Made by a program: the position numbers and the translations under genes
Assembly (NCBI GenBank): GCA_045560535.1
Contig: JBJKZF010000002.1
Span: 10,945-74,944, forward strand
Origin: Porticoccaceae bacterium
GTDB lineage: Bacteria; Pseudomonadota; Gammaproteobacteria; Pseudomonadales; Porticoccaceae
Length of the DNA stretch: 64,000 bases
Reading direction: 5' to 3'
In this document: in pieces, positions 50,758 through 61,448 of the stretch
How the letters are laid out: each line of letters opens with the position of its first letter
Numbering within the stretch: position 1 is the stretch's first letter
Notes under the pieces: generated by a model
What the model was told of the DNA's origin: nothing
The model's database searches: none
What the model saw: only the letters and a program-made list of their open reading frames with translations

Positions 50758-52047
50758 ATGACTTATTTGATGATAAACGCGCCTAAAAAGATTGATTACC
50801 AAAGCTCCATCAAACTTATGGGTAAGGCGGCCCGTGAGGCTTCTTTAGCCTTATCTAGTATTTCTTCGGTGAAGAAAAACCAAGCACTTTTGGAAATCGC
50901 AAAGAGTCTAGATAAACATCGTCAAACTATCCTTTCAGCAAACTTGCTTGACATGGAACTAGCCAGATCTAACAAGCTCGAGACAACATTACTAGATCGC
51001 CTAGAACTCAATAATACTCGAATAGATACAATGATAGAGGGTTTGAAACAGGTTACTGAATTACCAGATCCAATTGGTGAGACAAGCGATCTTGAAACCC
51101 GCCCCAATGGTCTCAGAGTAGGGAAAATGCGGGTACCCATTGGAGTTGTTGGCATCATCTATGAATCAAGGCCAAATGTAACGATTGATTCAGCGGCGCT
51201 ATGTCTCAAATCTGGAAATGCCTGTATTTTGCGTGGAGGAAGCGAGTCGATCCAAACCAACCGAGCGATGGGGATGTGTATTAAAAATGGTCTCGCAGAA
51301 ACCGGATTACCGTCCTCAGTAGTTCAGGTCATTAACGAAATCGATAGAGCAATCGTCGGTGAACTAATCACTATGAGTGACTACATCGATGTGATCATCC
51401 CCAGAGGTGGAAAGAGCCTGATCGAACGATTAATCCAGGACTCAAGAATACCCATGATTAAACATCTAGAGGGAAACTGTCACGTCTTTATTGACAAAGA
51501 TGCCGATCATCAAAAAGCTATTAATATCGCTTTGAATTCAAAAACTCATCGTTATGGAGTCTGTAATGCAATGGAAACGCTTTTAATTGCTCAGTCTATT
51601 GCTCCAAAAATTCTTCCTAAACTAGCGATGAAATTTTCTGAAAAAGGAGTCGAACTTCGTGGTTGCAATCAATCTAAGAAAATAGTGGGTAATTTGATTT
51701 TAGCGACTGAAAGTGACTGGTTTGAAGAGTACTTAGGGCCGACTCTGGCAATTAAACTAGTATTAGACGTTGATGAGGCTATTGAACATATTAATAAATA
51801 CGGTTCTAAACATACTGATAGTATTGTTTCTGAAAATATCTCAACAACCCAAAAATTTATGATGGAGGTAGACTCTAGTTCTGTAATGACAAATACATCG
51901 ACAAGATTTGCTGATGGTTTCGAATATGGCTTGGGTGCCGAAATTGGTATTTCTACTGATAAAATCCATGCTCGGGGTCCCGTGGGCCTTTTAGGCCTAA
52001 CAACTGAAAAATGGATAGTTTTCGGTGATGGCCACGTCAGGCAATAA
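50758..52047 (+). CDS. proA: Gamma-glutamyl phosphate reductase
   Basis: Aldehyde dehydrogenase fold with the VCNAMETLL catalytic Cys segment and IYESRPNVT. Confidence 0.9.
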   Translation: MTYLMINAPKKIDYQSSIKLMGKAAREASLALSSISSVKKNQALLEIAKSLDKHRQTILSANLLDMELARSNKLETTLLDRLELNNTRIDTMIEGLKQVTELPDPIGETSDLETRPNGLRVGKMRVPIGVVGIIYESRPNVTIDSAALCLKSGNACILRGGSESIQTNRAMGMCIKNGLAETGLPSSVVQVINEIDRAIVGELITMSDYIDVIIPRGGKSLIERLIQDSRIPMIKHLEGNCHVFIDKDADHQKAINIALNSKTHRYGVCNAMETLLIAQSIAPKILPKLAMKFSEKGVELRGCNQSKKIVGNLILATESDWFEEYLGPTLAIKLVLDVDEAIEHINKYGSKHTDSIVSENISTTQKFMMEVDSSSVMTNTSTRFADGFEYGLGAEIGISTDKIHARGPVGLLGLTTEKWIVFGDGHVRQ

Positions 52048-52687
52048 CGTGGCCGTCGCTTTATTTGGTGGGACATTTAACCCGGTTCACAATGGGCACC
52101 TGAAAATCGCCTCAGAATTAGCCGAATTTCTATCAGTCGCAAAGGTCAAAATGATGCCTTGTGCCTTCCCGCCGCATCGCCAAAGGCTGAATGTTTCTCC
52201 CCAACAAAGAGTGGCTCTTCTGAGAGAAGGAATTGGTAATGAATACCCTGATTTAGATGTAGATGACTTAGAACTCCGAAGATCTGCTCCAAGTTACTCT
52301 ATCGACTCGGTGATTTATCTTAGAGAGAAAATGAATACCGATACCCCTCTGTATCTTTGTTTAGGCATGGATGCTTTCTTGAAGATAGACACCTGGCATA
52401 GATGGTCGGACTTGATTGAATATTGTCATATAGTTGTGTGTGCTCGACCAAACTATGCTGCACCTCAAAGGGGTTCTTTACATAAATGGATAAACAAGCA
52501 TTACTGCAATGATTTGAGTAAACTTAGAGAAAAGAGCGGTGGCTATGTATTTTTCTGTCACTTGTCGATGTTGCCAATTTCATCATCTAATATCAGAAAT
52601 AACATCAAGCATGGACTTCCGATTGATGGAATGACGCCCTCAAGGGTCATCGACTATATTCGAACCAACAATTTATATGAGAAATAG
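52025..52687 (+). CDS. nadD: Nicotinate-nucleotide adenylyltransferase
   Basis: [11 protein letters not shown] (HxGH) and the ISSSNIR motif. Confidence 0.9.
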   Translation: MMATSGNNVAVALFGGTFNPVHNGHLKIASELAEFLSVAKVKMMPCAFPPHRQRLNVSPQQRVALLREGIGNEYPDLDVDDLELRRSAPSYSIDSVIYLREKMNTDTPLYLCLGMDAFLKIDTWHRWSDLIEYCHIVVCARPNYAAPQRGSLHKWINKHYCNDLSKLREKSGGYVFFCHLSMLPISSSNIRNNIKHGLPIDGMTPSRVIDYIRTNNLYEK

Positions 52688-52693
52688 TATTCT

Positions 52694-53083
52694 ATGAAAA
52701 AAAATCTTCAAGACATTGTCATTAGCGCTCTAGAAGAAGTAAAAGCTCAGGATATTGTGAGCATAGATGTCAAAGACATTACAGATGTTATGGATACCAT
52801 GGTGGTTGCCAGCGGAAATTCAAATCGCCAGGTTAAATCATTGGCCAATAATGTAGTGGTAGAGGCAAAAGCGGCTGGATACTCTCTTCTAGGAGTCGAA
52901 GGTGAGGATTCTGGTGAATGGGTTTTAGTAGATTTCGGCGATGTAATAATTCATATCATGCTTCCTGCAACGAGAGTTTTTTATGATTTAGAAAAATTGT
53001 GGTCAATGCGACCGGATGATCCGCATTCACAATCGGAATACACTTCTGCGGAAGATACTGACTTTGCAGATATTGGAGACTGA
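52694..53083 (+). CDS. rsfS: Ribosome silencing factor
   Basis: 129 aa with the conserved [10 protein letters not shown]-like segment ([10 protein letters not shown]). Position between nadD and rlmH. Confidence 0.85.
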   Translation: MKKNLQDIVISALEEVKAQDIVSIDVKDITDVMDTMVVASGNSNRQVKSLANNVVVEAKAAGYSLLGVEGEDSGEWVLVDFGDVIIHIMLPATRVFYDLEKLWSMRPDDPHSQSEYTSAEDTDFADIGD

Positions 53084-53084
53084 T

Positions 53085-53555
53085 TTGAAAGTATCTTTGA
53101 TTGCCGTTGGTACTAAAATGCCAGTTTGGGTTCAAAATGGATGCTATGAATATAGTAAACGACTTCCCTCTGAATTTAAGATAAAAACAATAGAGATTCC
53201 CCTTGGGATGAGGAGTAAGAATCAATCTTCAAAAAAGGCTATCGACCAAGAATGTGCGTCTATAATCAAAGTTTTGGAGAAGAAGGATTTTTTAATTGCT
53301 CTTGATGTCAACGGTAAATCGATGTCGACAGCAAAACTAGCTTCGGAGATGACGGATTGGCAGATGCAAGGATTGAATATCTGTTTTTTAATTGGAGGTC
53401 CTGATGGCCTTTCTTTGGACTGTCTTAAAAGAGCACATCTTGTTTGGTCATTATCAGATCTAACTCTACCTCATCCTGTAGTTAGAATACTGCTACTGGA
53501 GCAAATATATAGAGCTTGGACAATTAACACTAATCATCCCTATCATCGACAATAG
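53085..53555 (+). CDS. rlmH: 23S rRNA (pseudouridine1915-N3)-methyltransferase
   Basis: The listed ORF starts at 53016 inside rsfS. I place the start at TTG 53085 (LKVSLIAVGTKMPVWVQ..), which matches the E. coli RlmH N-terminus MKLQLVAVGTKMPDWVQ and a length of about 156 aa. Confidence 0.85.
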   Translation: MKVSLIAVGTKMPVWVQNGCYEYSKRLPSEFKIKTIEIPLGMRSKNQSSKKAIDQECASIIKVLEKKDFLIALDVNGKSMSTAKLASEMTDWQMQGLNICFLIGGPDGLSLDCLKRAHLVWSLSDLTLPHPVVRILLLEQIYRAWTINTNHPYHRQ

Positions 53556-53571
53556 TGGGACCAGTTTAGAT

Positions 53572-55491
53572 ATGAACCACCAAACTGCCTTTTCAGATCC
53601 AATAATAGAACGAAAGCTTTTCATACAAAGAATGACATTTGCTGGGTTATGCGTTGTGGTGTTGATGTTGATTCTTATAGCTCGCTACGCTAACCTTCAG
53701 ATTAACCAACATAAAGACTTTGTCACTTATTCAGAAAAAAATCGTGTTCATGTTCGGTCAAATCCTCCTTCTAGAGGCGTTATTTATGACCGCCATGGAG
53801 AAATCTTAGCTGAAAATAGATCCTCATCAAATTTGTCAATCATAAAAGAGAGAACTGATGATCTGGATGGACTTATTGGACAACTTGGGAAGCTGATCGA
53901 TCTTTCTCAAGGAGATATAACTCGCTTTTATAAGCGTCTCAAACGAAGTAGGCCTTTTGAACAAACTCCTTTAAAGTTTAATCTAACAGAACAAGAACAA
54001 GCCATTCTCGCGGTGAATGAATATTTGCTCGAGGGCGTCAAAGTTAGCGCCCAGCTTAAGCGTTATTATCCCAAGCAGGAATTATTTGCTCATGTGGTGG
54101 GCTATGTTGGCAGAATCAATGAGAGAGAGATCAGCAAGATAGATCCGATTCAATATAGTGGAACTGACTCAATTGGTAAAACTGGATTAGAGAGGTTCTA
54201 TGAAGCTCAATTACTCGGAAAAGTAGGGAATGAGCATGTCGAGACCAATGCGAGAGGTCGAGTGATGCGAGTGCTTGAAAGAAACGAACCGGAGTCAGGA
54301 AGTAACCTCACATTGCATCTTGACAGTGATCTTCAAAAGATTGCTCATAAAGCTTTTGGAAATGAGCGCGGTTCCTTGGTAGCCATCGATATAAGCACCG
54401 GAGGAATTATGGCTATGGTGAGTGCACCGAGCTATGATCCCAATAAGTTTGTCGCAGGTATTAGTCAAAAAAATTACAGTAGTCTTCTACAATCGCCAGG
54501 CAAACCAATGTTCAACAGATCAATCCAAGGGCAATATCCCCCAGCGTCAACAGTTAAACCTCTTTTTGGGCTAATTGGCCTTGAAAGGAAAAGTATCTCT
54601 AAATCTACAGCTATTGAAGACCCAGGCTACTTCGTAATGGAGGGTATTGAACGGCCATGGCGGGATCATAATTCAAAGCGTGGAGGACATGGGAAAGGCG
54701 TTGATCTCGCCAAAGCTATTATAGAATCCTGCGATGTTTTCTTCTATCACATGGGAGTGAAATTAGGCATAGATGCAATGGCTGATAATAGCAAATTCTT
54801 TGGACTTGGCTCTCCAACTGGAATTGACATCCCGGGAGAAGCATCAGGGATTATGCCCTCAAGAGACTGGAAGAAACGAAGTCGAGGAGCCTCATGGTTC
54901 AATGGAGACACCATAAATATGAGCATTGGCCAAGGTTTTATGCTCGTCACTCCCTTGCAGCTTGCAGTTATGACAGCGCGACTTGCATCTAAAGGAAGAC
55001 AAGTTCAACCAAGGCTAGTTAAGTCAATCAATGGCATCGAGCAGTCTCCAATAGTTATGCCTGATGACTTCTTAGCAGATGAGGTAAATTGGGATTACAT
55101 ACACAATGCCATGAAAGATGTAGTCCACTCACCAAAAGGCACAGCGAGATCAATCGGCAAAAGGATGAAGTACTTAATCGCAGGGAAAACTGGCACAGCT
55201 CAGGTTGTGAGTATTAATGCAGATGAAGATTACGATAAGTCTAAACTCGACAAGAGTCAGTGGGATCATGCTTTATTTATTGGTTTCGCCCCTTTTGAAA
55301 ATCCAAAAATTGCACTTGCAATTATTGTAGAAAATGGCGAACACGGAAGTTCAGCAGCAGCCCCAATAGCAAAGCAAGTTTTAGATGCTTATATGTCAAG
55401 CTATCAAGTTACTCATCAAGAAATAAGTGCTGACTTTCGAACCCACGATAGTGTCAACGCAACACAATTAGCATCGCATGCACAGCACTGA
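53572..55491 (+). CDS. mrdA: Penicillin-binding protein 2 (elongasome transpeptidase)
   Basis: PASTVKP (SxxK) and KTGTAQ motifs, and an N-terminal TM anchor. Confidence 0.9.
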   Translation: MNHQTAFSDPIIERKLFIQRMTFAGLCVVVLMLILIARYANLQINQHKDFVTYSEKNRVHVRSNPPSRGVIYDRHGEILAENRSSSNLSIIKERTDDLDGLIGQLGKLIDLSQGDITRFYKRLKRSRPFEQTPLKFNLTEQEQAILAVNEYLLEGVKVSAQLKRYYPKQELFAHVVGYVGRINEREISKIDPIQYSGTDSIGKTGLERFYEAQLLGKVGNEHVETNARGRVMRVLERNEPESGSNLTLHLDSDLQKIAHKAFGNERGSLVAIDISTGGIMAMVSAPSYDPNKFVAGISQKNYSSLLQSPGKPMFNRSIQGQYPPASTVKPLFGLIGLERKSISKSTAIEDPGYFVMEGIERPWRDHNSKRGGHGKGVDLAKAIIESCDVFFYHMGVKLGIDAMADNSKFFGLGSPTGIDIPGEASGIMPSRDWKKRSRGASWFNGDTINMSIGQGFMLVTPLQLAVMTARLASKGRQVQPRLVKSINGIEQSPIVMPDDFLADEVNWDYIHNAMKDVVHSPKGTARSIGKRMKYLIAGKTGTAQVVSINADEDYDKSKLDKSQWDHALFIGFAPFENPKIALAIIVENGEHGSSAAAPIAKQVLDAYMSSYQVTHQEISADFRTHDSVNATQLASHAQH

Positions 55492-56617
55492 TTTTGTAAG
55501 GCGTTTTCGAAGCCCTGGAGGCGATCGGAAGATCACTCGGCGGATAAATATCGATTTTTCCCTATTGCTTTTACTTCTATTTCTTTGTGCATTTGGACTG
55601 TTAGTTCTTTATAGCGCGGGTGGCCAAGACTTCTTTTATGTGAAGCGACAGCTAGTCTTTATGGCCATTGGCATAACTATTATGCTGGTAATTGCACAAT
55701 TTCCAGTTAGGTTTTGGGAGAGATGGGCATTCATATTTTATGGTCTCGGCCTTTTATTACTTTTGTCGGTTCTACTATTTGGGGTCGGTGCAAAAGGTGC
55801 TCAACGATGGTTAGACATAGGGTTTACCCGACTGCAACCGGCTGAATTCATGAAAATTTGTGTTCCATTAATGATTTCAGCATACCTGGGAAAGCGCTTT
55901 AGTCCACCAATTCCAAAACATGTTTTTTGGTCTGCTGTAATGATTCTTTTACCCACGCTTTTAATTGTTAGGCAACCAGATTTAGGGACGAGTATATTAG
56001 TTTTTACTTCTGGATTTTTGGCTCTCTTTCTTGCGGGTCTCCGAAAACGCTACTTAATCAGTTCCGTTTTTCTTGCCCTCGCATCTATGCCAATTCTGTG
56101 GCTTTTCGTTTTACGCGAGTATCAAAAACAACGAATACTCACTCTCCTATCTCCAGAGGCCGATAGACTTGGTGCTGGCTGGAATATCGTACAATCAAAA
56201 ACTGCAATTGGTTCTGGTGGATTAAATGGAAAAGGATGGACCGAGGGCACCCAATCACAACTAAACTTTCTCCCAGAGAGCCATACTGATTTTATCATTG
56301 CTGTTTTAGCGGAGGAATTCGGGCTGTTAGGTGTAATTCTTCTTTGTATAACTTACCTTCTCATAATAGGCCGTTGCGCATTTATTTCTATTAATGCGCA
56401 AACCCAATTTGGCCGTATCTTATCAGGAAGCTTAGGTTTAACATTCTTTGTATATATTTTCGTGAATATGGGGATGGTCTCCGGCATACTACCAGTCGTG
56501 GGTGCTCCCTTACCCATTATTAGTTACGGTGGTACAGCACTCTTAACTTTATTTATTGGATTCGGTTTACTAATGAGTATAAGTTCAGAACCAAGACAAA
56601 TAAGGACTCAGCTTTGA
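55478..56617 (+). CDS. mrdB: Rod shape-determining SEDS glycosyltransferase RodA
   Basis: 10-TM SEDS protein with PESHTDFI and PLPIISYGG motifs. Confidence 0.9.
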   Translation: MHSTDFVRRFRSPGGDRKITRRINIDFSLLLLLLFLCAFGLLVLYSAGGQDFFYVKRQLVFMAIGITIMLVIAQFPVRFWERWAFIFYGLGLLLLLSVLLFGVGAKGAQRWLDIGFTRLQPAEFMKICVPLMISAYLGKRFSPPIPKHVFWSAVMILLPTLLIVRQPDLGTSILVFTSGFLALFLAGLRKRYLISSVFLALASMPILWLFVLREYQKQRILTLLSPEADRLGAGWNIVQSKTAIGSGGLNGKGWTEGTQSQLNFLPESHTDFIIAVLAEEFGLLGVILLCITYLLIIGRCAFISINAQTQFGRILSGSLGLTFFVYIFVNMGMVSGILPVVGAPLPIISYGGTALLTLFIGFGLLMSISSEPRQIRTQL

Positions 56618-57642
56618 GAAAAACAATTAGAAAATTCATTGGGTTATTAACTCTCATACCTTTAAGCACTTTCGCTGATTACTCAAATCATCCTCAAGCT
56701 GTTTTATTTATTGAGAAAATGACCTCAGAGCACAACTTCTCAGAAGAACAACTTACTGGATGGTTATCTGTAGCAGAACGTCAAGAATCTATTATTAAAG
56801 CGATGAGTAGACCTGCCGAAAAGGCAAAGCCATGGCATGAATATCGTAGGATTTTTGTAACTGACAAGCGAATTGAGAGAGGCCGAGAATTTTGGTTAGA
56901 GAATCAGGATACTCTTATCAAGGCATCCAGTGAATTCGGAGTAGACCCCGCCATAATCGTCAGTATTATCGGCGTAGAAACCAACTACGGTAGAAATGTT
57001 GGAAGCTATAAGGTCATTGATGCTTTAACAACCTTAGCATTTGACTACTACACCAATATCGAAAAACGAGAGTCTCGACGGAAATTTTTTACTATTCAAT
57101 TAGAGCATTTATTACTGTTGGCAAGAGAGCAAAACAAAGATCCGATTACATTGAAAGGGTCTTATGCAGGCGCTATGGGTTGGGGCCAATTTATGCCTAA
57201 CAGTTACAGGAATTATGCCGTGGACTATGACAATGACGAGTTTGCAGATATTTGGGATAATCCGACAGATGCCATAGGTAGCGTGGCAAATTACTTTATC
57301 AAGCATGGTTGGAAAACAGGTCAGCCTGTGGCCACAAAGGCTTATATTGAAGGTTCAATAGACTCATCGGCCGTGAATAAAATGAAACGACCGAAGCAAA
57401 CCATCGGTTATTTTATAAAGGAAGGGTATCGACCTCTGGATAAATATTCAAAGGATACGCTTGCTTTACCAATTAGGTTAGAAGCTAAATATGGTGATGA
57501 ATACTGGTTAGGACTGCATAATTTTTATGTGATTGGCAGATATAACCCTCGAACAAAATATGCGATGGCAGTGTTTCAATTAAGCCAGCAAATACAAGCT
57601 AGTATTTGTGAGAAGAATAATATCTGTCCGCCAAAAGCGTAG
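56614..57642 (+). CDS. mltB: Lytic murein transglycosylase B
   Basis: Signal peptide, IIGVETNYG catalytic Glu segment, GAMGWGQFMP. Confidence 0.85.
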   Translation: MRKTIRKFIGLLTLIPLSTFADYSNHPQAVLFIEKMTSEHNFSEEQLTGWLSVAERQESIIKAMSRPAEKAKPWHEYRRIFVTDKRIERGREFWLENQDTLIKASSEFGVDPAIIVSIIGVETNYGRNVGSYKVIDALTTLAFDYYTNIEKRESRRKFFTIQLEHLLLLAREQNKDPITLKGSYAGAMGWGQFMPNSYRNYAVDYDNDEFADIWDNPTDAIGSVANYFIKHGWKTGQPVATKAYIEGSIDSSAVNKMKRPKQTIGYFIKEGYRPLDKYSKDTLALPIRLEAKYGDEYWLGLHNFYVIGRYNPRTKYAMAVFQLSQQIQASICEKNNICPPKA

Positions 57643-57761
57643 GCAAGATTAAAAGCCTTAATCGTGTATCTTTAGTAGAAATTTTAGTCTGTCAGTATGC
57701 CCTCAAGTACTTCGCAGTGATAAACTAGTGACTCAATAATCGAACATCGGATACCTAAGTC

Positions 57762-58937
57762 ATGACAAAAAATTGGTCTCTCTCGACTCTCATTATCATC
57801 GCATCACTGGCTGTTTCAATGACCATTGACGCTCAAAAAATGCGTCCAGCCGAACCAGAGATTGCGGGTAAAGCCTGGATTTTGATAGATGCGGTAACAG
57901 GAACCGTGATCTTGGAGCGCAATGCTGACTTACACCTTCCTCCCGCGAGTCTCGCAAAAATGATGACTACCTATCTGGTATCTCAAGAAATAAGTGAGAA
58001 TCGTCTCGAGGAAGATACTCAGGTTCTGATCAGTGACAATGCTTGGATACTAGGAGGTGCAAAAACAGATGGCTCCACAATGTTCCTAAGCCCTCGGACT
58101 CGAGTATCAGTTATCGACTTAATGCATGGTGTAATAATTCAATCGGGGAACGATGCGGCTATTGCGTTAGCAGAACATATTGCGGGTGGAGAGATTGCCT
58201 TCGCTGATTTAATGAATCAACAGGCCACAGAGCTTGGAATGAGCAACACTGAATATATGAATTCTACAGGACTTCCTGCTGAGGGTATGTTCACCTCCGC
58301 TAGAGATTTATCAACCATCGCTAGAGCTATTATCCGCGATCATCCAAAGTACTACTCAATTTATGCAAAGAAATATTTTGAACATAACAATATTAATCAA
58401 CCTAATAGAAATAGACTTCTATGGCGCGACAAAAGTGTTGATGGCCTTAAAACAGGCAAGACAGATGCTGCCGGTTACTGCCTAGTAGCTTCAGCAAAAC
58501 GTCGTGATATGCGCCTAATCTCTGTTATTTTGGGCGCCAAAAGCGATGAAGTCAGAGCTCAAGAATCACAAAGACTGCTTTCATATGGGTTTAGATACTT
58601 CGATACACAAACAGTGTACGCCGCGGGCGAAATTCTCAAGTCAAATGCAAAACTTTGGTACGGCGTTGATGAGTTCTTAAATCTTACGATTTCTGAAAAT
58701 GTTACTCTAACTTTTCCTAGAGGGTCAGAAAAGAATTTCCAAGCGAATATCCTCGTCCATGAAGTTATCAAAGCCCCAATAAAAGCAGGCCAAGAACTTG
58801 GCAGTTTGCAAGTTAAGCTGGATGGTAATATTTTAATTGATGTTCCATTGGTAGCCAAAAAAGATGTTGAAAAAGCCGGGATTTTTGCCCGACTTGTAGA
58901 CTGGATTATCCTTTTCTTCACTGATTTACTGTCCTAA
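57762..58937 (+). CDS. dacA: D-alanyl-D-alanine carboxypeptidase (PBP5/6 type)
   Basis: SLAKMMT (SxxK), SGND (SxN), KTGKT (KTG) and a C-terminal amphipathic anchor. Confidence 0.9.
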   Translation: MTKNWSLSTLIIIASLAVSMTIDAQKMRPAEPEIAGKAWILIDAVTGTVILERNADLHLPPASLAKMMTTYLVSQEISENRLEEDTQVLISDNAWILGGAKTDGSTMFLSPRTRVSVIDLMHGVIIQSGNDAAIALAEHIAGGEIAFADLMNQQATELGMSNTEYMNSTGLPAEGMFTSARDLSTIARAIIRDHPKYYSIYAKKYFEHNNINQPNRNRLLWRDKSVDGLKTGKTDAAGYCLVASAKRRDMRLISVILGAKSDEVRAQESQRLLSYGFRYFDTQTVYAAGEILKSNAKLWYGVDEFLNLTISENVTLTFPRGSEKNFQANILVHEVIKAPIKAGQELGSLQVKLDGNILIDVPLVAKKDVEKAGIFARLVDWIILFFTDLLS

Positions 58938-58948
58938 ATATACCCACT

Positions 58949-59218
58949 GTGATCAACAAAGAGCCCCCCAAAATTGAATTTCCTTGTGAATATCCTATCA
59001 AGGTAATGGGAGAAGCCAATACGCTCTTTCATCAACATGTTCTGGGTACAATGGATAAATATGCCGCAGGGTTTGATCGAAGCAAAGTGTCAGTGCGCGA
59101 TAGTAAAAAAGGGAGATGGCAATCAATAACCGTCACCATAACCGCCACTGGATCCAGCCAGTTGGAAGACATATTTAAAGAACTGAAGTCTAATTCGTTA
59201 GTGAAAATGGTACTCTAG
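58949..59218 (+). CDS. ybeD: YbeD/DUF493 family protein
   Basis: 89 aa with the [11 protein letters not shown] signature. Position between dacA and lipB. GTG start. Confidence 0.85.
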   Translation: MINKEPPKIEFPCEYPIKVMGEANTLFHQHVLGTMDKYAAGFDRSKVSVRDSKKGRWQSITVTITATGSSQLEDIFKELKSNSLVKMVL

Positions 59219-59880
59219 TGATGTCAGCAGCCTCACCCTTAATCATTCGTTGTTGGGGTATTGAAGATTATGATGAAATTTTTCAGCTCATGAAGACCTT
59301 CACTAATCAGAGATCAAACTTGACGAGTGATGAAATCTGGATGGTCCAGCACAATCCTGTGTTCACTCAAGGGCAAGCTGGTAAAGATGAATATATCCTT
59401 GGTTCTGGGGACATACCCGTTGTCCAAACTGATAGAGGAGGACATGTCACTTATCATGGTCCTGGTCAAGTCACTGCTTATCTTATGATAGACTTACGAC
59501 GACGAAACTTGGGCGTTAGAGATCTTGTCTCTATAATTGAGAAGTCTCTCGTTTCAACTCTAGCTCATTGGAATATAGAAGCTATGCCCCGCTCGGATGC
59601 TCCAGGTGTCTACATAAAAACCGGAGAGAAAATTGCCTCGCTAGGATTAAGAATAAGAAAGGGTTGCAGTTATCATGGGCTTAATTTCAATGTTTCAATG
59701 GACATGTCTCCTTGGCAACGAATAAATCCTTGTGGACTAGATATAAAAATGACGCAAGTTGCTGATCTTTTGGAAATCTCTCCCAGCTTTGACAACGTAA
59801 GTGAACAACTTATAACCCATCTCTCAAGTGGACTCGGGTATACTGAGTGTGAAAGAGTGGCAACAAGACCAAATTTTTAA
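59218..59880 (+). CDS. lipB: Octanoyltransferase
   Basis: [14 protein letters not shown] and the C-terminal catalytic-region NPCG. Confidence 0.9.
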   Translation: MMSAASPLIIRCWGIEDYDEIFQLMKTFTNQRSNLTSDEIWMVQHNPVFTQGQAGKDEYILGSGDIPVVQTDRGGHVTYHGPGQVTAYLMIDLRRRNLGVRDLVSIIEKSLVSTLAHWNIEAMPRSDAPGVYIKTGEKIASLGLRIRKGCSYHGLNFNVSMDMSPWQRINPCGLDIKMTQVADLLEISPSFDNVSEQLITHLSSGLGYTECERVATRPNF

Positions 59881-60010
59881 CCAAATCGGCGTTGTAAGAT
59901 TATATTCGAGTATTATTGTGACAAAGCCAACAACAATTAAAGAAAAACAGCTATCAAGCAACAATGATGGCAACGATCTTCCAAGTTTATTTCCAGATAA
60001 TACAGAAACG

Positions 60011-61003
60011 ATGGTTGTACCACCTAATCGTACTCGGCGTTTGAGAGCTGGTGAGAAACTGCGAAGTGCTGATAAAGTTGAGCGTATTCCAGTAAAAATA
60101 ATTCCTACATCAGAGATAATCCGCAAACCAGAATGGATGCGAATAAGACTATCTGCTTCACCTAAAGTACAAGAAGTAAAAACTATATTACGTCGTCACA
60201 ACATGTCGACAGTCTGTGAGGAGGCCGCCTGTCCAAACCTCCACGAATGCTTTAGCGGTGGTACAGCAACATTTATGATTATGGGAGAAATCTGTACAAG
60301 AAGATGCCCATTCTGTGATGTCGGTCATGGTAAACCTAACAAACTTGACCAGAATGAACCCAAAAATCTTGCAAAAGCAATTCATGAGATGGGTTTAAAG
60401 TATGTGGTTATAACGTCGGTTGACAGGGATGATCTTAGAGATGGAGGCGCGCAGCACTTTGCAGACTGTATTCGTGAAGCCAGAGATCTCTCCCCCGACC
60501 TAAAAGTAGAAATTCTTGTCCCTGATTTCAGAGGTCGAATGACTCCAGCTTTAGAAATCATCAGCAATACGCCTCCAGATGTATTCAACCATAATATGGA
60601 AACCGTCTCTCGTCTGTACAGGGAAGCACGACCTGGAGCAAACTACTCTTGGTCTCTAAAGTTACTGAAAGAATACAAAGCGAGAAATCCAATGGTTGCC
60701 ACTAAATCTGGATTAATGGTGGGTTTAGGCGAAACAAAAGATGAGTTATTAAGAACCCTGGACGATCTCAGAGAGCATGATGTCGATATGCTTACCGTGG
60801 GTCAATATTTACAGCCCTCAGTTCATCATTTCCCTATAGACAGATTCGTTCATCCAGATGAGTTTGCAGAGTATGCTGACTATGCCTCCGAAATTGGCTT
60901 TAAACAGGCTGCCTGTGGTCCTTTAGTTCGATCCAGTTATCATGCAGATAAGCAAGAACGCGGAGAAGACATTACAAAAGGTCTTGCAGAATCTTTGGGA
61001 TAG
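60011..61003 (+). CDS. lipA: Lipoyl synthase (start uncertain: 60011 ATG, 59918 GTG, or 59828 as listed)
   Basis: [12 protein letters not shown] and radical-SAM [10 protein letters not shown] motifs. E. coli-like sequence begins around ..[14 protein letters not shown].. The listed 391-aa ORF would overlap lipB by 53 nt. Confidence 0.85.
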   Translation: MVVPPNRTRRLRAGEKLRSADKVERIPVKIIPTSEIIRKPEWMRIRLSASPKVQEVKTILRRHNMSTVCEEAACPNLHECFSGGTATFMIMGEICTRRCPFCDVGHGKPNKLDQNEPKNLAKAIHEMGLKYVVITSVDRDDLRDGGAQHFADCIREARDLSPDLKVEILVPDFRGRMTPALEIISNTPPDVFNHNMETVSRLYREARPGANYSWSLKLLKEYKARNPMVATKSGLMVGLGETKDELLRTLDDLREHDVDMLTVGQYLQPSVHHFPIDRFVHPDEFAEYADYASEIGFKQAACGPLVRSSYHADKQERGEDITKGLAESLG

Positions 61004-61037
61004 AGAATTAACCATAGTACTATCTGGACTGGTTATA

Positions 61038-61358
61038 TTAATCCGACCAAACTTCTCGTATCGGTTCCCCAAAGTCATCATAAATAATCTTTTTTTTTGG
61101 CCTTTTAATAGGCTTTGATGAGTTTAACAACGGTTTTTTATTTTTTCGCCTGTCCAGTGCGGAAATAACATCATTGATATATGTTCTAGTTTGTTTAGGT
61201 TCTGCGGTAACAAAGGCAGATCTAGTTCTTGGCTTATCGATCAACTCACCTGTTTCTCCAGCAGAATGATGCGTGATTTTTCCACCTTGGGAGATAAACT
61301 CTGCAGTTTTTCGGCGAAGTTCGTTGCGAAGAGAGTTTTTACTTGAGTAATTAGACAA
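61038..61358 (-). CDS. Small basic hypothetical protein (106 aa)
   Basis: Lys/Arg-rich with no Cys and no signal peptide. The FISQGGKI segment faintly recalls the RNAP-binding region of SutA-like proteins, from memory only. Lies downstream of dinB on the same strand. Confidence 0.4.
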   Translation of the reverse strand: MSNYSSKNSLRNELRRKTAEFISQGGKITHHSAGETGELIDKPRTRSAFVTAEPKQTRTYINDVISALDRRKNKKPLLNSSKPIKRPKKKIIYDDFGEPIREVWSD

Positions 61359-61448
61359 AAATATTCTTAAATAATTAGTTAGCAGATTAGTGTATCAAAG
61401 TGGATTTTTGTTTCAAACCACTCACATTCAAATTTCAACTTTTAATAG

